From assembly GCA_045614945.1 (NCBI GenBank), contig JAZLDW010000026.1, positions 31,811 to 95,810 on the forward strand: a stretch of 64,000 nucleotides of DNA. The letters are read 5' to 3'. Source of the DNA: Clostridia bacterium (lineage in GTDB: Bacteria > Bacillota > Clostridia > Monoglobales > Monoglobaceae). The translations under genes were made by a program, and so were the position numbers. How positions within the stretch are numbered: position 1 is the first letter of the stretch; each line of letters opens with the position of its first letter. The notes beneath the pieces are model-generated. The model was not told where the DNA came from and did no database searches. It saw only the letters and a program-made list of their open reading frames with translations. Shown here piece by piece: positions 48,060-57,734 of this stretch.

Positions 48060-50252
48060 TTATACAAAAGACATTTGTTCTATTCCCTTGTCTTCATCAC
48101 GAAGCGAAGCTCCGGCTGCAGGTAGGTTTCTGGGGCGATGACGCCTTGGCTCTGTAAGCCCACTGTCTTCTGCAAAGCAGGCAGCCTTGATAACCGCTCC
48201 GCGTCTGAGCGTCATTACACCTATGCCCTGAGTTGTTCTTGATGCTTTAAGCGGTATTTTTTCTGTATTTACGCACAGCACCTTGTCGACATTGCTAAAC
48301 AACACTATGTCTCTTTCTTCCTTTAATACAAACATAGCAACAACAGACGATTTGTCACAATATCCACCGGTAAGGCGTCTGCGATTAGACTTAGTCTCAT
48401 ATGATGCTATCGGAACTTTTGCACATTTTCCGTTTTCAAAACAGAAGAGAACATTTCCACTGTAATCTCCCGGCAGAATCATGCCGATTATTTCAGCTTT
48501 TTCTTCCATGCCCACAAGATTTGGTATAAACTCTCCAAGCTGACTCGCTTTGCCGTCAGGAATGTCGTTTATCTTCATCTTATATGCGTTTCCGGCACCA
48601 AAAAATATAACCTCGGCATTATTGTTAGTCTCAACCTCTTCTACTATGAAATCATCATCCTTAAGTTTTTGTTCACCACTTGTTCGCAGTGCCACGAGAG
48701 AAATCTTTTTAATATATCCTTCTCTTGTGCGGAATAGCTTAACCGCATAATCAGGCACTTCCTCTTGTATGTCATTCCACTGAATATCATCTTCAGATAC
48801 AAGAACTGTTTTTCTATCCTCTCCGTACTTTTTGCCGACTTCCTTTAACTGCCTTTCTATAATCTTGTTTATCTTCGTCTTGCTTTTTACCGTTGCGTCA
48901 AGCTCTGCAAGCTCTTCTTTTAGACTTTCAATTTCGGCAGTCCGCTTTAAAATGTATTCCTTGTTAAGATTACGCAACTTTATCTCCGCAACAAATTCTG
49001 CCTGAGCCTCTGTAATATCAAAACCTGACATAAGGTTTGGTACAACATGTGCATCTTCTTCGGTCTCGCGTACAATTTTTATGGCCTTGTCAATGTCAAG
49101 CAGTATTTTTTCAAGTCCCTCTAAAAGATGAAGTTTATCGCTCTTTTTCTCTATATCATATCTGATGCTTCTTGCCACACAACTTCGGCGGAATCTTAAC
49201 CACTCGCAAAGTATATCATTTACACCTAAAACAAGAGGCGACCCCTCGACCAGAATGTTAAAGTTACATCCAAAGCTGTCCTCAAGCTGAGTTGCTTTAT
49301 AGAGCTTTGCCATCAGCCTTTCAGGGTCAGTTCCGCGCTTTAAGTCAATAGTAAGCTTAAGTCCCTTAAGGTCTGTCTCATCTCGTACATCTGAAATTTC
49401 TTTTATCTTTCCAGTCTTTACCAAGTCCACTATTTTTTCTATTATTAGCTCGACTGACGCAGTATATGGAATCTCTTTTATATCTATGCAATTGTTCTTT
49501 TTGTCATACTCATATGTTGCACGAACCCTGACAGAGCCTCTGCCCGTCTTGTATATCTCGCGCATTTCATCGATGTTATACACAAGTTCTCCACCACCAG
49601 GAAAATCAGGTGCCGGCATAATCTCCATCAAATCTGCCTCGGGGTCTTTCATTACCGCAATAGTTGCATCGCAAAGTTCCCTCAGATTAAAACTGCATAT
49701 ATTTGATGCCATACCAACAGCAATACCCTGATTCGGATTTGCAAGAATGTTAGGAAATGTAGTTGGCAACAGCACCGGCTCTTTCATAGTGCCATCATAA
49801 TTGTCTGTAAAATCTATCGTATCTTTATCAATGTCTCTGAAAATTTCGGAGCAAACTTTGGAAAGTCTTACCTCTGTATAACGCGATGCAGCATATGCCA
49901 TATCCCTTGAATACTGACGGCCAAAGTTACCCTTTGAGTCAACAAGCGGCACAAGAAGCGCTCCGTTACCCTCTGTAAGACGCACCATGGTCTCATAAAT
50001 TGCCGCATCGCCGTGAGGGTTGAGTTTCATCGTCTGTCCCACAACATTTGCTGACTTTGTGCGATTTCCGCTTAATAGCCCCATCTTGTACATTGTATAG
50101 AGAAGCTTTCTGTGTGATGGCTTAAATCCGTCAATTTCAGGAATCGCGCGGGAAATAATAACGCTCATCGCGTATGGCATATAGTTTTTCTCAAGAGTCT
50201 CGGTTATTATCTGTTTTTCTATAATCGGTTCTTTTTTCATAATCTTCTCCAC
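48060..50252 (-). CDS. Type IIA DNA topoisomerase subunit A (ParC-like; no GyrA-box seen)
   Basis: 730 aa. Catalytic Tyr context AYAASRYTE. I could not find a QRRGGKG-type GyrA box, which favours a topo IV-like assignment. Confidence 0.85.
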   Translation of the reverse strand: MEKIMKKEPIIEKQIITETLEKNYMPYAMSVIISRAIPEIDGFKPSHRKLLYTMYKMGLLSGNRTKSANVVGQTMKLNPHGDAAIYETMVRLTEGNGALLVPLVDSKGNFGRQYSRDMAYAASRYTEVRLSKVCSEIFRDIDKDTIDFTDNYDGTMKEPVLLPTTFPNILANPNQGIAVGMASNICSFNLRELCDATIAVMKDPEADLMEIMPAPDFPGGGELVYNIDEMREIYKTGRGSVRVRATYEYDKKNNCIDIKEIPYTASVELIIEKIVDLVKTGKIKEISDVRDETDLKGLKLTIDLKRGTDPERLMAKLYKATQLEDSFGCNFNILVEGSPLVLGVNDILCEWLRFRRSCVARSIRYDIEKKSDKLHLLEGLEKILLDIDKAIKIVRETEEDAHVVPNLMSGFDITEAQAEFVAEIKLRNLNKEYILKRTAEIESLKEELAELDATVKSKTKINKIIERQLKEVGKKYGEDRKTVLVSEDDIQWNDIQEEVPDYAVKLFRTREGYIKKISLVALRTSGEQKLKDDDFIVEEVETNNNAEVIFFGAGNAYKMKINDIPDGKASQLGEFIPNLVGMEEKAEIIGMILPGDYSGNVLFCFENGKCAKVPIASYETKSNRRRLTGGYCDKSSVVAMFVLKEERDIVLFSNVDKVLCVNTEKIPLKASRTTQGIGVMTLRRGAVIKAACFAEDSGLTEPRRHRPRNLPAAGASLRDEDKGIEQMSFV

Positions 50253-50261
50253 TTTCGTTTA

Positions 50262-52235
50262 TTATGAAACATCTGTCAAATCAATAAAGTTGTGTCCAAA
50301 GTTTGCAATATGTTCCTTTCTGCCGGCAAGATTATCGCCAAGAAGAAGGTCAAACATCTCCTGTGTTTTAATCACATCATCGGGCATAACCTTTATAAGT
50401 CTACGTGTTTCAGGATTCATCGTGGTCTCCCACATCATCTCGGGCTGATTCTCACCAAGACCTTTGCTTCGCTGAATGGTGTACTTTTTGCCCTCGAGTT
50501 TTTGCATTATTTCGGTTTTTTCACTCTCATCAAATGCAAAATAACTCTTGTCCTTGCATGTAATCTCATATAAGGGAGATTCTGCAATATATACATATCC
50601 TTTATCAATCAAACTTGGTGTCAGGCGATATATCATTGTAAGTATCAGAGTTCTTATCTGATATCCGTCAACATCGGCATCTGTGCAGATTATTATTTTG
50701 TTCCATCTTAAGTTTGCAATATCAAAGGAGTTAAGTTCTTTGTTGTGCTTTGATGAAATCTCAACGCCACAACCTAGCACCTTCATTAGATCTACTATAA
50801 CCTCACTTTTAAATATCTTATCATACTCGGCTTTAAGACAATTTAGTATCTTGCCGCGAATTGGCATAATTGCCTGAAATTCACCATCACGGCCGAGCTT
50901 ACAAGCGCCAAGTGCCGAGTCACCCTCTACGATGTATACCTCTCTCTTGTCTACATCACGGGTTCTGCAATCGACAAACTTCTTAACTCTGTTTGTTATG
51001 TCAATGTTTCCGCCAAGCTTTTTCTTTACATTTATGCGGGTTTTCTCAGCAGATTCACGGCTACGCTTGTTGACAAGAACCTGCGCACAAAGTTTCTCTG
51101 CATCTATTTTGTTTTCAATAAAATAAACCTCTAGTTGCTCGCGGAGGAAATCCGTCATTGCGTTTTGTATAAATTTATTGTTTATAGCTTTTTTTGTCTG
51201 ATTTTCGTAGCTTGTCATTGTAGAGAGCGAGTTGCTTACAAGCAACAGGCTGTCCGCTACATCGGCAAACTGAATTCGGCTTTCGTTCTTTGTGTATTTT
51301 CCGTTTTGTTTAAGATATTGATCAATACTATACACAAACGCACTCTTTACCGCCTTATCAGGAGAGCCGCCGTGTTCTAGAAAGCTTGAATTGTGGTAAT
51401 ACTCAACGGTATGATTTTCGTTATTAAAACAAAAGGCAAAGCTCATCTTTACTTTATATTCGTCAAGGTCTTCTCTATCTCTGCCCTTGCGCTCTGCCTC
51501 AATGTAGTGTATAGATGATATTTCCTTGCCATTTGAAAGTTCTTTAACATAATCTGTTATGCCATTTTCATAGAAATACTCTACCTCATCAAAAACCCCT
51601 GATGAAACTTCGTTTTTAAATATAAATTTTATTCCCGAATTCACAACCGCCTGGCGTTTTAAAATGTTCTGATAATTTTCAAGCGGTATATCAATATCAG
51701 TAAACACCTTAAGGTCCGGCTTCCAACGAATCTTTGTTCCTGTGTGTCTGTGACGGAATTCAGTCTTTTGCAAGCCTCCGATGTTTTCTCCCTTTTCGAA
51801 GTGAAGGTTAAACTTATAGCCGTCGCGCAGCACCTCAACATCCATATACTCTGAACTATACTGCGTAGCACAGGCACCAAGACCATTTAGTCCAAGGGAA
51901 TACTCATAGTTTCCGCCTGAATTGTTTTTGTACTTGCCACCTGCATAGAGCTCACAAAAAACAAGCTCCCAGTTGTATCTCTTTTCTCTCTCGTTATACT
52001 CCACCGGAATTCCACGCCCAAAATCCTCTACCTCTATGGACTTGTCCATAAAACGAGTAATTTTTATTGTACCGCCAAAGCCCTCTCTCGCCTCATCAAT
52101 AGAGTTGGATAGTATCTCAAACATAGAGTGTTCGCAACCCTCTACCCCCTCTGATCCAAATATGACTGCCGGGCGTTTACGGACACGATCCGCGCCTTTT
52201 AGCTGTGATATGCTAGAATTATCATACTTTTTCAC
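50262..52235 (-). CDS. Type IIA DNA topoisomerase subunit B (ParE/GyrB-like)
   Basis: 657 aa. GHKL ATPase (EILSNSIDEA) and TOPRIM motifs EGDSA and DADVDG. Confidence 0.88.
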   Translation of the reverse strand: MKKYDNSSISQLKGADRVRKRPAVIFGSEGVEGCEHSMFEILSNSIDEAREGFGGTIKITRFMDKSIEVEDFGRGIPVEYNEREKRYNWELVFCELYAGGKYKNNSGGNYEYSLGLNGLGACATQYSSEYMDVEVLRDGYKFNLHFEKGENIGGLQKTEFRHRHTGTKIRWKPDLKVFTDIDIPLENYQNILKRQAVVNSGIKFIFKNEVSSGVFDEVEYFYENGITDYVKELSNGKEISSIHYIEAERKGRDREDLDEYKVKMSFAFCFNNENHTVEYYHNSSFLEHGGSPDKAVKSAFVYSIDQYLKQNGKYTKNESRIQFADVADSLLLVSNSLSTMTSYENQTKKAINNKFIQNAMTDFLREQLEVYFIENKIDAEKLCAQVLVNKRSRESAEKTRINVKKKLGGNIDITNRVKKFVDCRTRDVDKREVYIVEGDSALGACKLGRDGEFQAIMPIRGKILNCLKAEYDKIFKSEVIVDLMKVLGCGVEISSKHNKELNSFDIANLRWNKIIICTDADVDGYQIRTLILTMIYRLTPSLIDKGYVYIAESPLYEITCKDKSYFAFDESEKTEIMQKLEGKKYTIQRSKGLGENQPEMMWETTMNPETRRLIKVMPDDVIKTQEMFDLLLGDNLAGRKEHIANFGHNFIDLTDVS

Positions 52236-52281
52236 ATTCTACCTCCAAAAAAATTAAATTCACATGCACTTTTACACCAAC

Positions 52282-52319
52282 AAAGGGGCTGTATCCATAA
52301 ATTTCGATACAGACCCTTT
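52282..52319 (-). terminator. Probable intrinsic terminator after the PBP gene
   Basis: 14-position stem 52282-52295 / 52306-52319 with one mismatch. The U-tract is weak. Confidence 0.55.
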
Positions 52320-52331
52320 ATAAAAATACTT

Positions 52332-54542
52332 CTATTCTACGGGCACTCCGCCAGGGACAACATCATTACTGTCAGATTCGTTGGTCGTTGTACCTGCAGA
52401 CGGTTTTTCCGTACTACTGGAATTTGCTGAATTTGTTGTCTCGCTTTCACCCTCTGCACCTTCATCCTCCAATCCCTCTTCCTCAGGCTCATATCCCGGA
52501 TGGGTAGAATCACATTTTCCGGGGATGTTACTTGACTGGAAATAATATGTGTCGGTGGGACACTCCTCAGAAGCTAAAAGTCCTGTGTAGGTACAGTAGG
52601 TCAAACTCGTAACGCCACTTGGCGTAGAGAGATATCTTCCTCTGTCATCAAGCGTCTTGTGAATATCATTCATAACATTTCTGAACACAGTAATACACGG
52701 ATTTGACGATGCTCTGATTTCCTTTGGAATATCATATCCGTACCATATTGCCGCCGCATAATATGGAGTATATCCGACAAACCAACGATCATTATTATCA
52801 GAGGTTGTACCTGTCTTTCCTGCCGTGTAACTTACTCCCGAAACTCCTGCACCTCCACCTGTACCGCTTGTAACAACCTCTCTGAGCATCTGCGTCATCA
52901 AAAACGCAGTAGAAGCCTTCATTGCTACCTTGCCAGAAGTATCGTTTTTAAGAAGAAGGTTGCCCTCGCTGTCTTTTACCTCGGTGTAGGTATATGGTTT
53001 ATGATAGATTCCGCCATTTGCAAAGGCACTGTACGCAGCCGCCATCTCCACTGTGGTTACGCCATCTGTAAGTCCGCCAAGCGCCAACTGAGAAAGACCA
53101 ATATCACTGTAGATTTTTCCGTTGATGTCACGACTCTTTACCAATGTAGTAAAGCCCAGCTTTTTGGTCATAAAATCAAAGCTTTTCTGCGCACCCATAT
53201 CATTTACTATCTCAACAGGAATCGTATTAAGTGACGATCGAACCGCGCTTCTTACATCCACTCTGCCTCTGTATGAATGATCATAGTTACGCGGAGTCCA
53301 TCCTCCATAAGACCTTGCCACATCTTCATAAACCGAAGTAGGGGTAATAATATTGTATTCAAGCGCCGGAGCATATGCTGCAATCGGCTTTATTGTAGAC
53401 CCCGGCTGTCTTGGACTTGCCGAGGCTCGATTAAGGGTGAGGCTTGCTGTCTTCTCCCCTATACCTCCTGCAATTCCGACTATCTGCCCTGTCCTTACAT
53501 CAATTACGGTAATTGCAGACTGCACACCGTTTCCCGGGAAGTTGCTTTCATCGCTGTAGTAATCCTCTACTATTCTTTGTATTTCGGGATTATGGGTTGT
53601 GTATATTTTAAGTCCACCAGTATACACCATTTTTGATGCAAGAGCCTCTGAATATCCCTTCGCCTGTAAATCTCTCTGTATATCGGTAATAATCTGGTCA
53701 ACAAAATATGACTTTGATCTGCTCTTGGTCTTTTCCGCTTCCTCTGCGCTTAGAATCTTAAGTTCTTCCGCTATCGCTTCATCATACTCACTTTGGGTAA
53801 TATACTCAAGTTCAAGCATCTTACCGAGAACCAGTCCCTGTCTTTTTTTGTTGTTATCGGGGTTTGATATGGGGTCGTGCGCCGCAGGATTCTGGGTAAT
53901 TCCTGCAATTGATGCACATTCTGCCAGAGACAACTCTGACACGTCCTTTCCAAAATATGCCCTCGAGGCAGTCTGAACTCCATTCATCCCGCGCGATAAG
54001 TATATGCAGTTTAAGTAAAGCTCTAAAATCTCCGTCTTTTCAAGTTCTTTTTCAATTGCAATTGCGCGTATGATTTCTTTAATCTTTCTTGTCGGTGTCT
54101 GATCATTCTCCCCGGTTATATTCTTTACAAGCTGTTGGGTAATTGTGCTTCCGCCAAAGCTTACTCCCTTTTTTCCTATCAACTTGCCACCAATGTAAGT
54201 AAGCGTTGCCTTTGTTGTGCGAAGAAAATCAAACCCACTATGCTCCATAAACCTTTCGTCTTCTATCGCTATAAATGCATTTTGCAAATTAACAGGTATC
54301 TTTTCTATATCAACCCATTCACGATTTTCTGCTGCATCTATCCTTTGAATTTCTGTCTCTTCTCCTGTTTGGGGATCTGCATAAATAATTACAGAGTTTT
54401 GATTAAGCGTAAGATTTTCTATATCGACGCCACCACCCCACAAACCAAGCATGGCTCCGCCAATAATAATGGCCATAAGCAAAACAAATGCGCCTACTAT
54501 CATTGAAAATATTTTAATAAATTTACCTGCGTATTGTTTCAT
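52332..54542 (-). CDS. Class A penicillin-binding protein (PBP1A family transglycosylase/transpeptidase)
   Basis: EDERFMEHSGFD and GGSTITQQL (GT51). STIKP, SLN and KTGT (transpeptidase). The C-terminal tail is low-complexity and acidic. Confidence 0.93.
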   Translation of the reverse strand: MKQYAGKFIKIFSMIVGAFVLLMAIIIGGAMLGLWGGGVDIENLTLNQNSVIIYADPQTGEETEIQRIDAAENREWVDIEKIPVNLQNAFIAIEDERFMEHSGFDFLRTTKATLTYIGGKLIGKKGVSFGGSTITQQLVKNITGENDQTPTRKIKEIIRAIAIEKELEKTEILELYLNCIYLSRGMNGVQTASRAYFGKDVSELSLAECASIAGITQNPAAHDPISNPDNNKKRQGLVLGKMLELEYITQSEYDEAIAEELKILSAEEAEKTKSRSKSYFVDQIITDIQRDLQAKGYSEALASKMVYTGGLKIYTTHNPEIQRIVEDYYSDESNFPGNGVQSAITVIDVRTGQIVGIAGGIGEKTASLTLNRASASPRQPGSTIKPIAAYAPALEYNIITPTSVYEDVARSYGGWTPRNYDHSYRGRVDVRSAVRSSLNTIPVEIVNDMGAQKSFDFMTKKLGFTTLVKSRDINGKIYSDIGLSQLALGGLTDGVTTVEMAAAYSAFANGGIYHKPYTYTEVKDSEGNLLLKNDTSGKVAMKASTAFLMTQMLREVVTSGTGGGAGVSGVSYTAGKTGTTSDNNDRWFVGYTPYYAAAIWYGYDIPKEIRASSNPCITVFRNVMNDIHKTLDDRGRYLSTPSGVTSLTYCTYTGLLASEECPTDTYYFQSSNIPGKCDSTHPGYEPEEEGLEDEGAEGESETTNSANSSSTEKPSAGTTTNESDSNDVVPGGVPVE

Positions 54543-54720
54543 ACAAATACCCCTTTATTTTACGATATATAAAATCAAATGTCAGGCGACATAAAATTGC
54601 ATACTTATCTACCAATATTATAGTATAAAAAGATATGTATGAAAAGACAAATAACTGTTAATAATATATTAAATTAGTGTTACAACCTGCTCTTGTACAC
54701 AACATATAGGGGGTGTTTGC

Positions 54721-55107
54721 TTGATAAATCGTTTTTTTAGAAGTATTATGGTCGGATTATGCGTTTTTATCACTACTGTAGCCATAGCATATATTTCATT
54801 TCTTTGTATATGGAATTTTTCTACAAAAAAGGCTACTTCCGCACTTTTAAAATCAGAACCGGAATCGGTTGAGGCGTCGGTTCCTCTTCCGTCTGATATG
54901 GTTATTAAGGCAGATTATTATATAGCAAGGTACGACAATGATACTTTGTCAATATATGCCATATCGGGTGATGCGGAGGAATTTTTATACTCGCTCGATG
55001 CACGAATAGAGGACATCTCAAAAAACGAACTTGAACAGTTAAAGAAAGGGATAGCCTTAATGGACAAACAAGCTCTTGCCTCATTTGAGGAAGATTTTAC
55101 AAGTTAA
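54721..55107 (+). CDS. Small membrane-anchored protein, possibly BofC C-terminal-domain-like
   Basis: 128 aa, TTG start after AGGGGG, one TM helix. The segment YYIARYDNDTLSIYAISG...ELEQLKKGI resembles the BofC C-domain pattern. This is a weak call made by eye. Confidence 0.45.
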   Translation: MINRFFRSIMVGLCVFITTVAIAYISFLCIWNFSTKKATSALLKSEPESVEASVPLPSDMVIKADYYIARYDNDTLSIYAISGDAEEFLYSLDARIEDISKNELEQLKKGIALMDKQALASFEEDFTS

Positions 55108-55160
55108 TATTATTTGCTAAAAATTTTTTATCAATCATAATCAAAATCAACAAAAAATCC

Positions 55161-55189
55161 TTGACAAAGCCATAAGATTATGTTATTAT
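55161..55189 (+). promoter_or_regulatory. Sigma-A promoter for the tRNA operon
   Basis: TTGACA 55161-55166, 17-nt spacer, TG-extended TATTAT 55184-55189. Confidence 0.65.
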
Positions 55190-55229
55190 AAAAAAGCTTT
55201 GTAGGTGGCACTGCCTAAGTGAAGCCTGC

Positions 55230-55317
55230 GCCGGAGTGGCGGAACTGGCAGACGCCCAGGACTTAAAATCCTGTGGGATTTTTTCCCGTACCGGTTCGAT
55301 CCCGGTCTCCGGCACCA
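55230..55317 (+). tRNA. tRNA-Leu (anticodon UAA), CCA encoded
   Basis: Acceptor GCCGGAG / CTCCGGC. Anticodon stem-loop CAGGA-CUUAAAA-UCCUG. Long variable arm. T-loop GGTTCGATCC. Confidence 0.95.
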
Positions 55318-55386
55318 AAGTTTGTTGCAAATAATTTGTTAGCAATAGCATTTTGGAGTAATCTATCACATATATTTGAAAATATA

Positions 55387-55400
55387 CGCAGGGTAGAGCA
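55387..55400 (+). other. 14-nt duplicate of the 5' end of the downstream initiator tRNA gene (tRNA fragment)
   Basis: CGCAGGGTAGAGCA at 55387-55400 is identical to 55443-55456 and follows a similar ATAT context. The sequences diverge after the D-stem. Confidence 0.8.
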
Positions 55401-55442
55401 CACTCCATATGTTTTGAAAAACAAATAAAAAATATTATATAT

Positions 55443-55519
<77 letters not shown>

Positions 55520-55520
55520 G

Positions 55521-55559
55521 AAAAAGGCATCAATCTTGATACAAGATTGGTGCTTTTTT
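55521..55559 (+). terminator. Intrinsic terminator after the tRNA operon
   Basis: GCATCAATCTTG / CAAGATTGGTGC stem (one G-U pair) followed by T6. Confidence 0.85.
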
Positions 55560-55630
55560 CAATGATATGTTCTTTGCAGAACATTAAGAAGCATACGGCA
55601 CATTATTCAAAGACAAAATCAATGTGACAA

Positions 55631-55658
55631 CTCCCTTATGCTCTAGGGAGCTTTTTTC
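55631..55658 (+). terminator. Second terminator-like hairpin
   Basis: CTCCCT / AGGGAG stem with an 8-nt loop, followed by CTTTTTT. Confidence 0.5.
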
Positions 55659-55670
55659 TCTTAAAATATA

Positions 55671-55699
55671 TTGCGAATTTTTATTATATGTGTTACAAT
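55671..55699 (+). promoter_or_regulatory. Sigma-A promoter for uvrBA
   Basis: TTGCGA 55671-55676, 17-nt spacer, TG-extended TACAAT 55694-55699. Confidence 0.6.
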
Positions 55700-55752
55700 G
55701 ATAAATTGAGCACATACTAATTTCGAAAAATATTCTGCAGGGAGGAAAACCG

Positions 55753-57720
55753 ATGGACTTTCAGGTAGTTTCAAAATACAAGCCAAGCGGCGACCAACCG
55801 CAGGCTATAGAAAAGCTTTCAAAGGGAATATTAAACGGCGAGAAATTTCAGACTCTTCTCGGTGTGACGGGCAGCGGCAAGACCTTTACAATGGCAAATG
55901 TCATAGAAAAAGTTCAGCGCCCTACATTAGTCCTTGCCCACAACAAAACTCTTGCGGCACAGCTTTGCAGCGAGTTTAAGGAAATTTTCCCTAATAATGC
56001 AGTAGAATATTTTGTATCATACTATGACTATTATCAACCAGAGGCGTATATAGCACACTCGGACACATATATAGAAAAGGACGCCTCCACCAACGAGGAG
56101 ATTGACAAACTGCGTCACAGCGCAACATCTGCTCTATTTGAGCGCAAAGATGTAATCATTGTGGCAAGTGTGTCCTGTATATATGGTCTTGGTGACCCGA
56201 TAGATTATAACAACATGGTGGTGTCTCTCCGCCCGGGTATGACCCGCGACAGAGATGATATTATTGCAAAACTTATCGAGATAAAATACGAGCGCAACGA
56301 TATCGCATTCTCCCGAAACAAGTTTCGCGTCCGGGGGGATGTTCTTGACATTTTTCCGTCCGACTCTTCCTCGCATGCGGTACGCATAGAATTTTTTGGT
56401 GACGAAATTGACCGCATATATGACTTCAACCCCACAACAGGCGAGTTGGTGTCAGATCGCAACCATGTTGCTATTTATCCTGCATCCCACTATGTTACCA
56501 CAGCCGAAAAACGCGATGCAGCAATAGAGAGCATACAGGAAGAACTTGCGAAGCGTCTCATAGAACTCCGCGCGGACAATAAACTTATAGAAGCACAGCG
56601 CCTTGAACAACGCACTAACTATGATATAGAAATGATGCGGGAAACAGGGTTTTGCAACGGAATAGAAAACTACTCCCGTCACATAAGTGGTAGGGCGCCT
56701 GGCACTGCACCGTTCACCCTTGTAGATTATCTGCCCAAAGATTTCCTCTTGTTTGTAGACGAGTCTCATGTTACCTTGCCGCAGGTGCACGCGATGTATG
56801 CAGGTGACAGGTCAAGAAAAGAGAGCCTTGTAAGTTATGGTTTTCGTCTGCCGTCAGCATTTGACAACAGACCGCTGACCTTTGATGAGTTCTACTCTAA
56901 GATAAATCAGGCTATATTTGTCAGCGCAACACCTGCTGATTTCGAAAAAGAACAATCCTCCACAATTGTGGAACAGCTTATTCGTCCGACAGGACTGCTT
57001 GACCCCGAGGTCGAAGTCCGACCCATTACAGGTCAGGTTGACGACCTTTATGGCGAGATAGTAAAACGCGTCGAAAAGAACGAACGAATTTTGCTTACTA
57101 CACTGACCAAGAAAATGGCGGAAAAACTGACAGAATACTTTGAGGATATGGGTATAAAAGTCCGCTATCTGCACTCGGATGTTCAGGCAATAGAGCGAAT
57201 GGAAATTATCAGAGATTTGCGACTTGGTGTTTTTGATGTTCTGATTGGAATAAACCTGCTACGAGAAGGTCTTGACATCCCCGAGGTATCACTTGTAGCA
57301 ATACTGGATGCTGACAAAGAGGGCTTTCTGCGCAGCGAGACATCTTTAATACAGACTATCGGCAGAGCGGCACGAAACGCCAACGGAAAGGTTATAATGT
57401 ATGCTGACAGCATCACAGGTTCTATGCAGCGCGCCATTGACGAAACAAACCGCCGCCGCGAACTACAGAGTAGGTTTAACGAAGAGCACGGAATCATCCC
57501 AAAGACAATCAAAAAGTCTGTCAGCGAGGTTATAGAAGCAACAAAGCCGGTAAAAGACAAGACTGCAAAGTCTCATATTCACAACCTTCAGATTGCCGAT
57601 GCGCGTCACGCTATTGCAGAACTTACCACCGAGATGAAAAAGGCTGCAGAACTTCTGCAGTTTGAGCTTGCAGCACAGCTGAGAGACGAAATAAAGCGAC
57701 TTGAAGAATCAATTAATTAA
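55753..57720 (+). CDS. uvrB: Excinuclease ABC subunit B
   Basis: GVTGSGKT Walker A, helicase motifs, and a C-terminal UVR domain ([17 protein letters not shown]). Confidence 0.97.
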   Translation: MDFQVVSKYKPSGDQPQAIEKLSKGILNGEKFQTLLGVTGSGKTFTMANVIEKVQRPTLVLAHNKTLAAQLCSEFKEIFPNNAVEYFVSYYDYYQPEAYIAHSDTYIEKDASTNEEIDKLRHSATSALFERKDVIIVASVSCIYGLGDPIDYNNMVVSLRPGMTRDRDDIIAKLIEIKYERNDIAFSRNKFRVRGDVLDIFPSDSSSHAVRIEFFGDEIDRIYDFNPTTGELVSDRNHVAIYPASHYVTTAEKRDAAIESIQEELAKRLIELRADNKLIEAQRLEQRTNYDIEMMRETGFCNGIENYSRHISGRAPGTAPFTLVDYLPKDFLLFVDESHVTLPQVHAMYAGDRSRKESLVSYGFRLPSAFDNRPLTFDEFYSKINQAIFVSATPADFEKEQSSTIVEQLIRPTGLLDPEVEVRPITGQVDDLYGEIVKRVEKNERILLTTLTKKMAEKLTEYFEDMGIKVRYLHSDVQAIERMEIIRDLRLGVFDVLIGINLLREGLDIPEVSLVAILDADKEGFLRSETSLIQTIGRAARNANGKVIMYADSITGSMQRAIDETNRRRELQSRFNEEHGIIPKTIKKSVSEVIEATKPVKDKTAKSHIHNLQIADARHAIAELTTEMKKAAELLQFELAAQLRDEIKRLEESIN

Positions 57721-57734
57721 TAGTGAGGAATATT

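Noticed and set aside
55567-55752. Possible LexA (Cheo/SOS) box upstream of uvrB
   Set aside because: The only palindrome, GTTCTTTGCAGAAC, is GTTC-N6-GAAC. That is the wrong polarity and spacing for the Firmicute GAAC-N4-GTTC box. The CGAAAAATATTCTG near the promoter matches the consensus at too few positions.
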